This document shows, piece by piece, positions 41,421 to 58,949 of a DNA stretch of 64,000 nt. A program made the translations under genes and the position numbers. The notes under the pieces are model-generated. The model saw only the letters and a program-made list of their open reading frames with translations. It searched no databases and was not told where the DNA came from. Location: assembly GCF_009914755.1 (NCBI RefSeq), contig NC_060941.1. One strand, written 5' to 3'. Positions within the stretch are counted from its first letter, which is position 1, and the number at the start of each line of letters is the position of its first letter. The DNA is from the human T2T-CHM13v2.0 reference genome, Homo sapiens.

Positions 41421-44316
41421 CATGTGGCTTTCATACCAGGGATGCAGGGATGGTTTAACATCTGTGATGGTTAATATTGAGTGTCAACTTGATTGGATTG
41501 AAGGATGCAAAGTATTGTTCCTGGGTGCGCCCTGAGGGTGTTGCCAAAGGAGATTAACATCTGAGTCAGTGGACTGAGAGAGGCAGACTTACCCTCAATT
41601 TGGGTGAGCATCATCTAATCAGATGCCAGTGCAGCTAGGATAAAAACAGGCAGAGGAATATGGAAGGACTAGACTGGCTGAGTCTTCTGGCCTACATCTT
41701 TCTCCCATGCTGGATGCTTCCTGCCCACTAATATCAGACTCCAAGTTCTTCAGCTTTGGGACTCTTGGACCTTCAATCACAGACTGAAGGCTACACTGTC
41801 AGTTTCCCTACTTTTGAGGTTTTGGGACTCGAACTAGCTTCCTTGCTCCTCACCTTGCAGACGGCCTATTGTGGGACCTTACCTTGTGATTGTGTGAGCC
41901 AATCAATACTCCTTAATAAACTCCCCTTTATATATACATCTATCCTACTTTTCTGCTCCTCTAGAGAACCCCGACTGATACAACACCCACAAGTCAATAA
42001 ATGTGATACACCACATAAACAGAATTAAAAACAAAAAAATCACATGATCATCTCAATAGATGCAGAAAAAATATTTGACAAAATCTAGCACCACTTTATG
42101 ATTGAAACCCTTGGCAAATTCAGCATAGAAGAGACATACCTTAAGGTAATAAGAGCCATCTATGACAAACTCACGGCTAAATGAGGAACATTATACTAAA
42201 TGAGGAAAAGTTGAAAGCACTCCCCCGAGAACTGGAAGAAGACAAGGATGTTCACTTTTTCCACTTCCATTCAACATAGTAATGGAAGTCCTAGCCACAG
42301 CAATCAGAGAGGAGAGAAAAATAAAAGACATCCAAATTGATAAAGAGGAAGTCAAACTGTTGCTGTTTGCTGATGATATGATCGTATACCTGGAAAAACT
42401 CTAAAGACTCATCAAAAAGCTCCTAGAACTAGTAAATGAATTCAGCAAAGTTTCAGGTTACAAAATTAATGTACACAAATCAGGAACTCTGCTATATTCC
42501 AACTGTGACCAAGCCGAGAATCAAATCAAGAACTCAACCCCTTTCACAATAGTTACAAAAAATAATACTTAGGAATATACTTAACCAAGGACATGAAAGA
42601 CTTCTACAAGACAAACCACAAAACATTGCTGAAAGAAATCATAGATGACACAAACAAATGGAAACACATCTCATGCTCATGGATGGGTAGAATCAATATT
42701 GTGAAAATGACCGTACTGCCAAAAGCAATCTACAAATTCCATGCAGTTCCCATCAAAATACCATCATCATTCTTCACAGAATTAGAAAAAAACAATCCTA
42801 ATATTCATATGGAACCAAAAAAGAGCCCACATAACCAAAGCAAGACTAAGCAAAAAGAACAAATCTGGAGGCGTCACATTACCCGACTTCAAACTATACT
42901 ATAAGGCCATAGTCACCAAAACAGCATGGTACTATTATAAAAATAGGCACATAGACTAATGGAACAGAATACAGAACCCAGAAAAAAAGCCAAATGATCT
43001 TTGACAAAGCAAACAAAAACATAAAGTGGGGAAAGGACACCTTATGCAACAAATGGTGCTGGGATAATTGGCAAGCCACATGTAGAAGAATGAAATTGGA
43101 TCCTCATCTCTCATCTTATACAAAAATCAACTCGAGATGGATTAAGGGCTTAAATCTAAGACCTGAAACCATAAAGATTTTAGAAGATAGTATCAGGAAA
43201 ACTCTTCTAGACATTGGCTTAGGCAAAGACTTCATGACCAATAACCCAAAAGCAAATGTGACAAAAACAAAGATAAATAGATGGGGCTTAATTAAATTAA
43301 AAAGCTTCTTCACAGCAAAAGGAATAATCAGCAGAGTCAACAGACAACCCACAGAGTGGGAGAAAATCTCCACAATCTATACATCAGGCAAAGGACTAAT
43401 ATTCAGAATCTACAATGAACTCAAACAAATCAGCAAGAAAAAAAAAACAAACAATTGCATCAAAAAGTGGGCTAAGGACATGAATAGACAATTCTCAAAA
43501 GAAGATAAACAAATGGCCCCAACAAGCATATGGAAAAATGCTCAGCATCACTAATTATAATGGAAGTGCAAGTCAAAACCACAATGTGATATCACCTTAC
43601 CCCTGCAAGAATGGCCATAATAAAAAAAATCAAAGTAATGGATGTTGGCATGGATGCAGTGAAAAGGGAACACTTTTACACTGTTGGTGGGAATGTAAAC
43701 TAGTACAGCCACTATGAAAAACTGTTTGGAGATTCCTTAAAGAACTAAAAGTAGATCCACCATTTGATCCAGCCATCCCACTACTGGGTATCTACCCAGA
43801 GGGAAAGAAGTCATTATACCAAAAAGAAACTTGTACACACATGTTTATAGCAGCAAAATTCGCAATTGCAAAAATGTGGAACCAACTCAAATGCCCATCA
43901 GTCAACAAGTGGATAAAGAAACTGTGGTATATACATACAATGGAATACTACTTAGCCATAAAAAGGAATGAATTAATGGCATTCACAGCAACCTGGGTGG
44001 AATTGGAGACTATTATTTTAAGTGAAGTAACTCAGGAATGGAAAACCAAACATTGTATGTTCTCACTTATATGTGGGAGCTAAGCTATGAGGACACAAAG
44101 GCGTAAGAATGATACATTGGACTTTGGGGACTCAGGGGAAAGGGTCGGGGGTGGTGAGGGATAAAAGACTGCACATTGGGTACAGTGTACACTGCTTGGG
44201 TGATGGATGCACCAAAATCTCAGAAATCACCACTAAAGAGCTTATTAATGTAACCAAACACCACCGGTCCCCCCCCTCCAAAACCTATTGAAATAAAAAA
44301 TTAAAAGTAAAAAAAA
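41421..44316 (+). mobile_element. L1PB1, 5'-truncated, inserted in HSMAR1
   Basis: Decayed ORF2 (FADD near 42366; ORFs 42593, 42994, 43841); PB-type 3'UTR gagctaagctatgagga...aaacctattgaaataaaaaa; degenerate TSD aaagatatgttt/aaaaacgtgttt. Confidence 0.9.
41463..41982 (+). mobile_element. MLT2A1/MLT2A2 (HERV-L) solo LTR inserted in L1PB1
   Basis: tgtgatggttaatattgagtgtcaacttgattggattgaagg...gactgataca; 5-bp TSD acatc/acacc. Confidence 0.92.
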
Positions 44317-44387
44317 CGTGTTTGAACCTAGTTATAATGATTTAAAATTCATGGGCCAAAACTGCAATTACTTTTGCACCAACCTAG
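44317..44387 (+). mobile_element. HSMAR1: HSMAR1 3' end with right TIR
   Basis: aaaactgcaattacttttgcaccaaccta. Confidence 0.95.
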
Positions 44388-44439
44388 TGCAACTCCACCC
44401 AGTGAGAGCAGAATATACATTCTCTTCAAACACACCATG

Positions 44440-46432
<1,993 letters not shown>

Positions 46433-46992
46433 CAACATTTCCAGGACATTTTAAAGGTATTTGGAATCAGGGCTGTTGCTCCCGGTGGAGTAGGCTCCCA
46501 GGGAGACTGGGACACAGAAAAGAAGGGACTTGGAGTCCCGTCTGCTGGGCACTCAGCTCAAAGCTCACACCCCTGACGGACTCTGCTTGACGTTTACATG
46601 TTACCCTTCTCAAACGGGGCTTCTGTGCCTCCTGGAAATTTAGGTAAGCTTGGTTCAACCCTCCCAAGTTACAGCCTGCGAAAGCTGAGGGTCTTCCTCA
46701 TGATCCTGGACAATTCCTGATGGCCTAATTCTTCAGTCTGTTCTTTTCGGCATTAGAGGGTGCAGCCTCCTGCCATCTTGGATAAAAAACCCAGTCTGCA
46801 GTGGTTTCACTAAGGGTGCTCCCAACAGATGATTCATGGGTGTGGGGGACTTGCTCAAGATTTGAGGGGTCTCGCCAGGCTCCCCAGAATCTTCATCCAT
46901 TTCACTGTTCCTCTTCCCCTTCCTCTCTCTTTTCCTCTCTTTTTCAGGGTCACCAGCCCTCTTCCCACCATCTAAAGCTCATATGAGCTTAC

Positions 46993-47499
46993 TGTGTGGA
47001 CCCACTCAGAAGCCCAGAGTTGGAATAAAGATTATTTTAAACTGAAGACATTTGAGGTTCAACAGACGCAGAGAAAAGCCTCCTCAGAGCTTCCCTTATC
47101 TGACTAAAAGCAGCAACTTCTGGTAAATGAAGCTACCATAGATCCCTTCTCCGGGGGAGTTTCATGGCCCTGAGGAAGATGGAAAGACCACCTTTATTTG
47201 TATGGAAAGACATCACCACACTCTTCAAAAAATGTCCTGTTATCCTGAAAAAAATGTATTTCCTAAAGAAGCCCATCTGTATTTCCCATAGGAGCCTTTT
47301 CTCCCTCCTCCCTTTCCCCTACTAGGTTAGGTATTTAAGCCCCAAATTCTAATCACGACTTTGAGTTACTCATCACTGAACACTCAGGCTTGCGTAAGTA
47401 AACTCTTCTCTTCTCTTGCGAATGTGTCTTTTGTCAGTTTAATTTACAGAGCTCCAATCACCAAACCTAAAAAGATAGAGAAAAAGTTTACCTCTCCTA
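46993..47499 (+). mobile_element. MER34-family (ERV1) LTR
   Basis: aaagattattttaaactgaagacatttgag; end tcttttgtcagtttaattt...aacctaaaaagatagagaaaaag. Confidence 0.55.
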
Positions 47500-48310
47500 T
47501 ATTATTTATCTTCTGCCTCCTCCTCTAAAGTCTCAGCTTCTAACCCAGGTAAGATTATCTAGGAATCGTCCCGAGAAAGGCGTGTTTCCTAAGCCTACCG
47601 GTAATTATGAGAGAAGAAAAATTTTCCTTCTAGCTGCACAGGTATTACATGGATGGGGTCAGGATAAACCCACATTACTCAAAGAAATATTTGCATTTTT
47701 AGGCCAACCACTATCCACAGAATCTCTGGGCTTAACTATTCCTTAGGGAGAGCACAAGAAGGAAATTGCAAAGCTTTTGTCAAAATATTTGGCCACCAAA
47801 AAATTCCTGCTTGCTTCACAGAGACAGATGCGTGAATGCCACAGCACTATCTGTTCTGTGTTTTATGATCCTCCCCAAAATAACAGTCTCTGTTGGATTT
47901 GCGCTGGTGATTTGAGAATAAGAAACTTTAAAAACAACTAGACAACCAGTTCAAGAGAGCAGATAATGTATATTCAGCAGCCTCCCCCTCCTGCCCTAAC
48001 TTCTGAGAGTGACAGAAATAATTATTGTAACAAGTTCTCATTACCATGCTGGGAAGGAAGGAGAGAGGCAGTTGATGGACAGTAATTATAAGAAGCTCCT
48101 TAGATGAAGCAAGGAAACTGCAGTCAAAAATCATCTGTAGGAGAGGAAGGATGCAAAAGATGGGCAAGGGGGCAAGGGCATGGCAGGCCTGGAGATTGTG
48201 ATGCCAGGATGAGATGGGACCCTGATGCTCCTGATCGAGCCACAGATGGGAGATGCCGCCCCTTTATCAGGTAGCAAACAACGAAATGTCTTGTTTTAAG
48301 AAGTAGCAAG

Positions 48311-48659
<349 letters not shown>

Positions 48660-49070
48660 CTAGGATCTGGGGTGGCTGACAACTCCCAGCAAAACCAGAC
48701 AGCCCATGTGCCCAGAAGGTTAGTTAATGCCCCTCTCTCCTACATGTCTCACATCTCTGCCATAATCAAGAGAGAGGCTGAGGTATCTGCCTGGGTAGCA
48801 CATTCAACCCCTTCCTATATTCAGGCTAGTGTACATCAGTGTAACTTCTCCAGCCTGGCGCACAGAGACTTTTACAAACAAAGATGAGCTTACAAACAAC
48901 GATGAGCATACACCCAGAAGCCAACAACACTTGAGGGAAGCCAGCACCGTGAAAGGGACATCAAAGTCAACACATGAACTTATATCTGAGAACAAAATTA
49001 AAAACGCAAGTGGAGCAGGGCCTTGAGTACATGTAGTTATTATCCCTAGAAAGAGATGAGAAGGGAATAG

Positions 49071-49441
49071 TATGTAGCTATAAAAAGAATGAGTTCATGT
49101 TCTTTGCAGGGACATGGATAAAGCTGGAACCCATCATTCTCAGCAAACTAACAGAGGAACAGAAAACCAAACACTGCGTGTTCTCACTCATAAGTGGGAG
49201 TTGAACAACGAGAACACATTGGACACAGGGAGGGAAATATCACACACCAGGGCCTGTTGGTGGGTGGGGGGCAAGGGGAGGGAGAGCATTAGGTCAAATA
49301 CCTAATGCATGCAGGGCTTAAAACCTAGGTGACGGGTTGTTAGGTGCGGCAAACCACCATAGCACAGTATAGCTATGTAACAAACCTGCATGTTCTGCCC
49401 AAGTATCCCAGAACTTAAAGTGAAAGGAAAAAAAAAAAAAA
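49071..49441 (+). mobile_element. L1PA (PA8-like) 3' fragment
   Basis: ORF2 end plus 3'UTR and A tail; flanking repeat gagatgagaag. Confidence 0.88.
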
Positions 49442-49479
49442 GAAGGAGATGAGAAGAGATTGCCCTAAGAATCAGTCTG

Positions 49480-49965
49480 CTACCCCCACGTTCATATCAG
49501 CATTATCCTCAATAGCAAAAAGGCAGAAGCAGCCCAAGTGTCCATTGATGGATGAGTGGATAAACCAAAATGCCATCTTCATCCAGGAGAATGTTACCAG
49601 AGAATGTTCAGCCTTAAAAAGGAAGAAAATCCTATCACATGGAGGAACCTGAAGAAGACATTATGCTATGTGAAATACGTCAGTCACAAAAGGACACATA
49701 CTCTATGATTCTGTTCATGTAAGTGACCTAGAGTGGTCAAATTGATAGAAAGTTGAAAGGTGATTTCTAGAGCCCAGGGGGAGGGGAAAATGGAGAGTTG
49801 GTGTTTAATGAAAACAGTTTCAGTTTGAAAGGATGAAAAAGTTCTGGAGATGGATGGTGATGATGGTTGCAACCATGTGAACATACTCAATGCTACTGAA
49901 CTGTACTTTTAAAATAATTAAGGTGGTGATTTTGTGTTATGTGTGTTTTATCATAATTAAAAAAA
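49480..49965 (+). mobile_element. L1MB 3' fragment
   Basis: cccaagtgtccattgatggatgagtggataaac...gttctggagatggatggtgatgatggttgc. Confidence 0.82.
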
Positions 49966-50204
49966 TCAACTTGATATCTTGGAAATAAAAAATCACGATT
50001 GAAACTGACAAAATAGAAAGTTGAGCAGATTGGCCTCAGCTGAAGTGTAAATTAGTAACCTAGAAGACTGAACTGAGAACTTTAGAATGCAACACTGAAC
50101 CAACCAAGAGAAACAGGAAAAAAGACTGATGCACATAGCATAAATTTAGAATTTCTAACATTCCTATAATAAAAACGTCAGAAGGATTCTAAAGGATTAT
50201 TAGT

Positions 50205-50640
50205 ATTACTTAGGAATAATAGGATGCAAAAAATGGTGGCTTAACAAGATAGAGATTACTTATCGACCAAAGAAAAGTACAGAGGAAAGGAGAGCTGGTG
50301 TATGGCTCTACAAGTATCATTGAGGACCCTGATTCCTGTCTTCCTGCTTTGCCAGCCCAGCACATGGGCTCTTGAAGCTCACCTAATGGCTGCAGGCAGG
50401 GAAAAAGAGAAAAGCCAGACCTGCCCAGTTAACTCAACTCCCTTTAAGCAGGCTTCCCAGAATTCTGCAAAACACTTTTGCTTAGATCTCATTGTCTAGA
50501 ATTTAAACACGTGGCCACAGTTAGCTTCGAAGTAGACATTCTTCATGGCAATGTGTCCTGCTAAAATCAGTATTCTGTTTCTAAGAAGAAAGGAGAGAAT
50601 AGCTATTGGGGAAGCCAGTGGTAGTAGCTATCCACTCCCC
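50205..50640 (-). mobile_element. Old MLT1 (J-like) LTR
   Basis: ggtggcttaacaagatagag...cttttgcttagatctcattgtctagaa...gctattgggg. Confidence 0.55.
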
Positions 50641-50872
50641 GCACCCCAAATACAGAGAATGAAGAGTGGGGACAAATGCAAAATAAGGATAGAAGTAAAA
50701 AAATCCCAGAATAGGAGAAAAATATGAGTTCTCAGACTGAAAAGCTCCACTGAGTACCAAAATGGGATGAATGCAAGACCACTGGACACATTGTGGTGAA
50801 ATTTCACAATACCAAGGATCAAGAAAAATCCTAAAGACTTCCAAAGAGTAAAAAACAACCAACAATTCTCTA

Positions 50873-51214
<342 letters not shown>

Positions 51215-51720
51215 CTATCTTTTTATTATCAACAAGGGTTGCAAGGCAGAGAAGCAGTTTCTTCAAAGCTAAGAATGAATAAATCATTTGAACTTAGATT
51301 CTGTATTTAAGAACCTAGTATCCTTCTATTCAAGAGTAAAGGTGAAAAAATATTTAAAAATATACAAGGAACTGTATCACTGAAAGATTTACCGGAGTAT
51401 GTCATCCAGGTTTTAGGATTGTCAAAACTGAGGGTGACTTCCTTCTCTGGGATAAGCTTGTTTTAATTCTTAAACAACAAAAATAGATGAAAGCTTTGGA
51501 AAACCAAGAGATAGAAATCAATCATTTGAGTTGTTGATTTTCTTTTTATTGAAGTTTCTTTTTCTTTTTCTTTTATTTAGGTTTCTTTTTTTTTTCTTCT
51601 TAATGAGAGTTCATTACATATTCTTGATAAACATCCTTCACTGGACACATGATTTACATATATTTTCTTTCAGTCTGTGGCTTGTCTTTACATGCTTTTT
51701 CAGTGTCTTTCAAAGAGTAG

Positions 51721-52068
<348 letters not shown>

Positions 52069-52980
52069 ATTAGATCCAATTTAACAATTTTTTCTTGTAT
52101 AGGTTGTACTTTTGGGTTGTAGCTAAGAAATCTTTGCCTAACTCAACGATTTTCTCCTATTTCCTCTGTAAGTTTCACAGTTTCAGGTTTCATATTTATG
52201 TCTATGCTCCATTTTGAGTAAATTTGCATACATGGTGCAAGGTATGAATTGAAGTGTGCTATTTTTGCATATGGATATCCAATTGCTCCAGCACCATTTG
52301 CAGGAAAAATGATCCTTTCTCTAATATTAAGTAATAATCAGCTATCGCCACATTGTTTATCACCTTCGATGGTGAGATTTCTTTTGTCCCCAAACAAATA
52401 TCCGAGAGGGTCCCAAGATGAAGACAGCTCATAGCCAAGTTTGCTGGGCAAGACTCAGTGTGGGTTCATAATGGGGAGTAGATCTCATCCTCCTTTTATG
52501 CTCCCTGGGGGACACACGATGGAAGTGATGATCTTATCACAGTTGTTCCTTTTCTCACCTGAGCATGGAGGGGCCAGTTCTGTGTATTCACTAACAGAGT
52601 CACTGAACAGCCAACAAGCATACTCTCTGGGCCCAGGCACAGATTCCTTATAAGAATTTTATAGATATTATGTTTCCTTCTCTTCTTGCTTTTATTTTCC
52701 TCTTCTTTTTTGCTTTTTGGCTTCTTGCTTTTTTTTCTTGATGGAATTTTCAGAACCTTGCAATGCTTTAAGTAACAATAGGTATAATTTATTAATTATG
52801 TCTTTTCCCAGGGAAATTGTCACAATGCTCACAAGTCCTCTGGGTTTTTAAAAATCAGGATTCCTCAATCATCTCCCAGAACTTGCAGAAAGAATCCAAG
52901 CGAAAGTCATTGAACTGTGAGAAGGAACGATGAGCACAGACAACACCCAGTTAAATACATTGCTTAATCGAAGGAGGTGG

Positions 52981-53592
<612 letters not shown>

Positions 53593-53922
53593 ACAAGTCT
53601 AAGTAGAAGTGTTAAAAAGCTAAGACTAAACATTGGGCGAATGAATACTATATGTAAATTTCAAACTTAGAAGAAAAATGAAAGCAAGTTTGAGCAAATC
53701 AAACAAAGCCAGAAAGGGAAAAACAAGAACAGTGAGAAAGTATGAAAAACACAAAATCACTTGGCTGGTGTAAGTCCAAGTAACAATAATAATGTGTTAA
53801 ATTTACTTATTAAAAGACAGAGACTCTAAGCTGAGTAAAAAACCCAATATCTGGATATATGTGATTTGCACAAGAAACTCTTAAAACAAAATGACAGAGG
53901 AATATTGAAAATAAAGGAGTGA

Positions 53923-54271
<349 letters not shown>

Positions 54272-55269
54272 CTAGAATAGCAATATTAACACCAAGCAGA
54301 ATGGAATTTAGGGTGAAAAGCATTATAAAGGGCAAACTGAAACACTGTTTATAGGTAAAAAGAAATAATCCATCAAGTAATGATCACAGTTGTGAACCAT
54401 TGTATGCCAACAGCATAGATATGGAAATATTAAAGCAAAACCAGATAGAAATACAAGGAGAAATGCCCAAAGCTGCAACCACACATAAAGTTAAAACAGA
54501 AATGAAAGGAAAAATAGACAAAGCCTTATTCTTCACTCATAAATTGGCTCATTAAATAGATGAAAATAATTAAGAAAAAAGATAATTTGAATAAAAATGT
54601 TTGATTTTGTAGTTTTGTGCCTAAGAGAGAATATAGCTTTCAACTACATTACTTGTAATTATGTTTTAGATTAAAAATCAGCTCAAGTTGGGCCACAAAG
54701 GAAATGACAGTACGTTCTAAAAGGCAGAAACAAGCCACTTTCATATGGTGAATTCAAACAGGCTATTTTCATATGCAAAATGCAATAGAATTAGATATTC
54801 ATAACAAAAACATAACTGAAAAACCTTATTACTTGGAAGGTTTAGAAAATCCCATGTGTGTTTCTAACCACTCTTGGGTTACAGAAGAAATCAAAATGTA
54901 TTAAAATTAAAATCTCTTTATATATTGATTTAAAAAAACATTAGGGAGCAAACTCTGTGTTATAGATAAAATGGTATTCGGAGGAAAATCTATAACCATA
55001 AATGCTTTTATAAAAATAAAAGAGAGCTTAAAATCAAGTGTCTTTCAGCCAAGAAGTCAGACACAAGCACAAAAGAAAACTCCATTCCCTATTTAAAAAG
55101 TCTCTTCGAACTAGATAGAGTAGAAAATGTGCTGCATTTGGTAATGGGTATTTACATGAGACCTAGCAAACGTCACACTGAATGTTTTTGAGGTGCTTAG
55201 CACATATGGAACAGGATGCAGATACTGCCTATTGCCTCTCCTACTCAATGCTGGGGTTGAGCTCCTGGT

Positions 55270-55440
55270 CCAGGGGTCCTCAAAGCAGCTTGTCTATTGG
55301 GATCATGTGGGAGTCCTAAAATAATACCAATATGCCTGCATCCCATCTCAGTGCACCTGAGTCAGAATTCCTGGGGGTGGGGCTCAGGCACTGGTATGTT
55401 ACAAAGCTCTCTGGGTGATAGGTTTAAAAACAATCCTCTA
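55270..55440. mobile_element. MER5-type hAT MITE
   Basis: ctgagtcagaattcctggggtggggctcaggca...acaaagctctctgggtgat. Confidence 0.65.
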
Positions 55441-55993
55441 GCCTATGAAATGAGACAAAGAAAATAAGTGAAAGTCATAGATACCAGAAAGAGAAAAAAC
55501 TATATGGTTATGTACCTAGAATATGGCAGAGAATCAACTGGAAAATTGGAAAAATCAATGAGAGTTCAGAAGATGATAGAATACAAACTCAATATAAAAA
55601 ATCAATAGATTTCCTATAGGTTATCAGTAATAAATTAGAAAAGGTAATAAAAATTCCAAATTATAATGGAAATCGCAACCACAAAATATAAAATAGAAAA
55701 AAACTAAAAGAAACACAAAAGATCTTTATCAAGGTAATTATGTTTAACAAAAGATGTCAAAAACAACCTAAATAAATGGAGAGATTATACCATCTACATA
55801 GATAGGAACACTCAACTGTAAATAAGCCAATTTACTCTAAATTATCTATAACCCCAATAAAAATGTCACCAAAATTCCTCATGGAACTTCATAGGCAAAT
55901 TCCAGAATTTATACGAAGGAACAGATGTGTAAGAACAAACAAGATAAATTTGAAAAAGGACATCAGTGATGTCTAGTATCTTCTCCTTTAGAC

Positions 55994-56334
55994 CAGCGAT
56001 CCCCAACCTTTTTGGCACCAGGGACCGGTTTCGTGGAAGACAATTTTTCCACGGACGGGGGTGGGGGAGATGGTTTTCGGATGAAAGCGTTCCACCTCCG
56101 ATCATCAGGCATTAGCGAGATTCTCATAAGGAGCTCACAACTTAGATCCTTCCCATACACAGTTCACAATAGGGTTTGGGCGCCTGTCAGAATGTAATGC
56201 CCAGCTGATCTGACAGGAGGTGGAGCTCAGGTGGCAACGTGCACTAGTCTGCTGCTCACCTCCAGCTGTGTGGACTGGTTTCTAACAGGCCATGGACAGG
56301 TACTGGTTTGCAGCCTGGGGGTCAGGGACCCCTG
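55994..56334 (+). mobile_element. MER1B hAT-Charlie MITE
   Basis: cagcgatccccaaccttttt...gggacccctg; 8-bp TSD ctttagac/ctttaaac. Confidence 0.9.
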
Positions 56335-56499
56335 CTTTAAACACCAAAATATATGGCATTAATAATCAAACAGTGTGGTATTGGTGCAGGAAAAAAAAAT
56401 AGATAAATGAACCAGAACAGGGAAACCAGCAAAAGATCATACATGGGAATTCAATATATGATAAAGGAGGCATTTGAAATTAGCAGGGGTAGGATGGAT

Positions 56500-57000
56500 A
56501 TGTCAATTTAGACTAGTGGTAGCTGAACATGACAGAAAACTCAGACCAATGGCTTAAATAAGAGGAAGCCTTATTATTGATCCTTCGCATAGAGGAGAGC
56601 TGGAGGCTACCAGCCCTTAACAAGTATGGCAGCTCCATGACCACTAGGAACCCAAGTTCCATCTATTGTCTGCCCCATCATCCTTAGTGCAGTGATTTCA
56701 TTTTCAAGGTTGCTTATGATTGAAGATGCTTTTGGAGCTCTGGCCATCACATCTACATTCCATTCAGGAAGAAGAAATAAAGCAGAGAAAAGCAAAAGCG
56801 CATGATTCTTTGCCTTCTCAGCCTTTCTGGGAGTTCTACTTAATGACTTGTGCTTGTGTGATATTGGCTACCCCTATCTGCGTTGGAAGCAAAAAAAATT
56901 TTTTTTAGCTGGGTACATTGCTACCCCAAATACTAAAGATATTCTACCAGGAAAGAAAAAAGGCAAATGGATTTTGGGCAGGCAACTAGCAGACTGTCCA
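56500..57000 (-). mobile_element. Old MLT1 (J-like) LTR
   Basis: gacagaaaactcagaccaatggcttaaataag...ggattttgggcaggcaactagca. Confidence 0.6.
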
Positions 57001-57305
57001 GTCTGTGTGATGTGCAGCAGGTTCTTCCTCAGGTCGCCTGCTGCTCCTCATGAACGAGTGACCTGTCAATTTCAACTCAATTGCTCTTCCCCACGAATAC
57101 CCAGTGAACTGTGGTAGAGAAAAAAAAACATAGATATACCCAAAATATTGTACCACAAAAGGGGAGAAAGGGAATCACATAGAAGTTACTATTATATAGT
57201 AATTATGACGTCTCTGGGCAGAAATGGTAAAGATTCCCTATTTTGAGAGTGAGGTAAATTTTTTGGTTACCCAGCCTGGCAGTGCCTGGCTCTATACTTT
57301 AGGAA

Positions 57306-57425
57306 AGGGTTGCCAGATTAGGCAAATAAAAATATGGTCACCTAGTTAAATGTGAATTTCAGATAAGTAACAAATAACTGCTTTAGTATAGGGTGTTCCA
57401 AATATTGTATTATACACTAAAAAAT
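57306..57425. mobile_element. MER53 hAT MITE, partial
   Basis: agggttgccagattaggcaaataaaaata...gttaaatgtgaatttcagataa. Confidence 0.75.
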
Positions 57426-58154
57426 GTGTATATACATACATACATACATACATGCAATTCTGGAAGCATAGTTACCAAACTAAGGTCAGTGATATATTTG
57501 GGGAAAGAACTTGAAATAAAAAGTGATGGTCAAGGGAAGTTTGCTTTACTTTATCTGTGATGCTCAAAATTTGTATTTGTACACTGACAATTATTCTTGT
57601 TTACTTGTATTAGGAAGACATAAAAAGAATGTAAGAGGTTAACCAAGGTCTTGGTGCTGAGGCTACAGACCAATGAATGACATTATGGTCACATGGCCTC
57701 TGGAGTCAGGGTCAGTAGACCTGGTCTTCTGGCCACCACTGAGCAGCCGCACCTGCTCTCTGAGACTCTCCTTTCACATTGACAAAAAAAGAGGTGGGTG
57801 ATGATACCCACTGAAGAGTTGTTGAGAAGATCCACAATGTAAACGTAAGACAATTTATGGACAAATGCTTTGTAAATCCTGTTGGAGCATACAAATTATG
57901 ATATATAATTTATGATGTCTATTCCTATTATGTTGTATAATTTATTATATAGTCATATTGGAATGTGCCACTACATAATTATATAGTAATGTGTAGCATT
58001 TTGGAATATTGAGTATCAAATGTAGGCATGAAAGCAGAAGTGCCCCATCTAGGGTAGAAGATAAAGAAACATTAACCAACTTAATTCATGTGAGAGTGCC
58101 AAGTAAGTGCTTGGTAATTAAAAGTCTACTCTCAAAGTGACAAACTTGAATTTC

Positions 58155-58949
58155 TTTTTTTTTTCCTAAAAGAAAAAAAAGGGATACAGGTGCAGAACGT
58201 GCAGGTTTGTTACATAGGTATACGTGTGCCCTGGTACACCTATTGATCCGTCCTCTAAGTTCCCTCCCCTCACTCCCCACCCCCCAACAGGCTGTGGCGT
58301 GTGATGTTCCCCTCCCTGTGTCCATGTGTTCTCAATGTTCAACTCCCACTTATGAGTGAGAACATATGGTGTTTGGTTTCCTGTTCCTGTGTTAGTTTGC
58401 TGAGGATAATGGCTTCCAGCTTCATCCATGTCCCTGTAAAGGATGTGATCTCATTGTTTTTTATGGCTGCATAGTATTCCGTGGTGTATATGTACCATAT
58501 TTTCTTTATCCAGTGTATCATTGATGGGCTTTTGGGTTGGTTCCATGTCTTTGCTATTGTAAATAGTGCTGCAATACACATATGTGTGTATGTGTCTTTA
58601 TAGTAGAATGATTTATATTCCTCTGGGTATATATCCAATAATGGGATTGCTGGGTCAAATGGTATTTCTGATTCTAGATCCTTGAGGAATCGCCATACTG
58701 CCTTCCACAATAGTTGAACTAATTTACATTCCCACCAACAGTGTAAAAGCATTCCTATTTCTCCATAGCCTCTCCAGCATCTATTGTTTCCTGACTTTAA
58801 TAGTCGCCATTCTGACTGGTGTGAGATGGTATCTCATTATGGTTTTGATTTGCATTTTTCTGATGATCAGTGATGTTGAGCTTTTTTCCATGCGTTTGTT
58901 GGCTGCGTAAATGTCTTCTTTTGAGAAGTGTCTGTTCATATCCTTTGCC
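58155..58949 (-). mobile_element. L1PA8A-like 5'-truncated L1
   Basis: ORF2 C-terminus in ORF 58339-58752 (KHHMFSLISGS); 3'UTR gggatacaggtgcagaacgtgcagg; 24-bp flanking direct repeat. Confidence 0.9.

Noticed and set aside
42593-44083. Protein-coding ORFs
   Set aside because: They are fragments of decayed L1 ORF2 in a 5'-truncated element.
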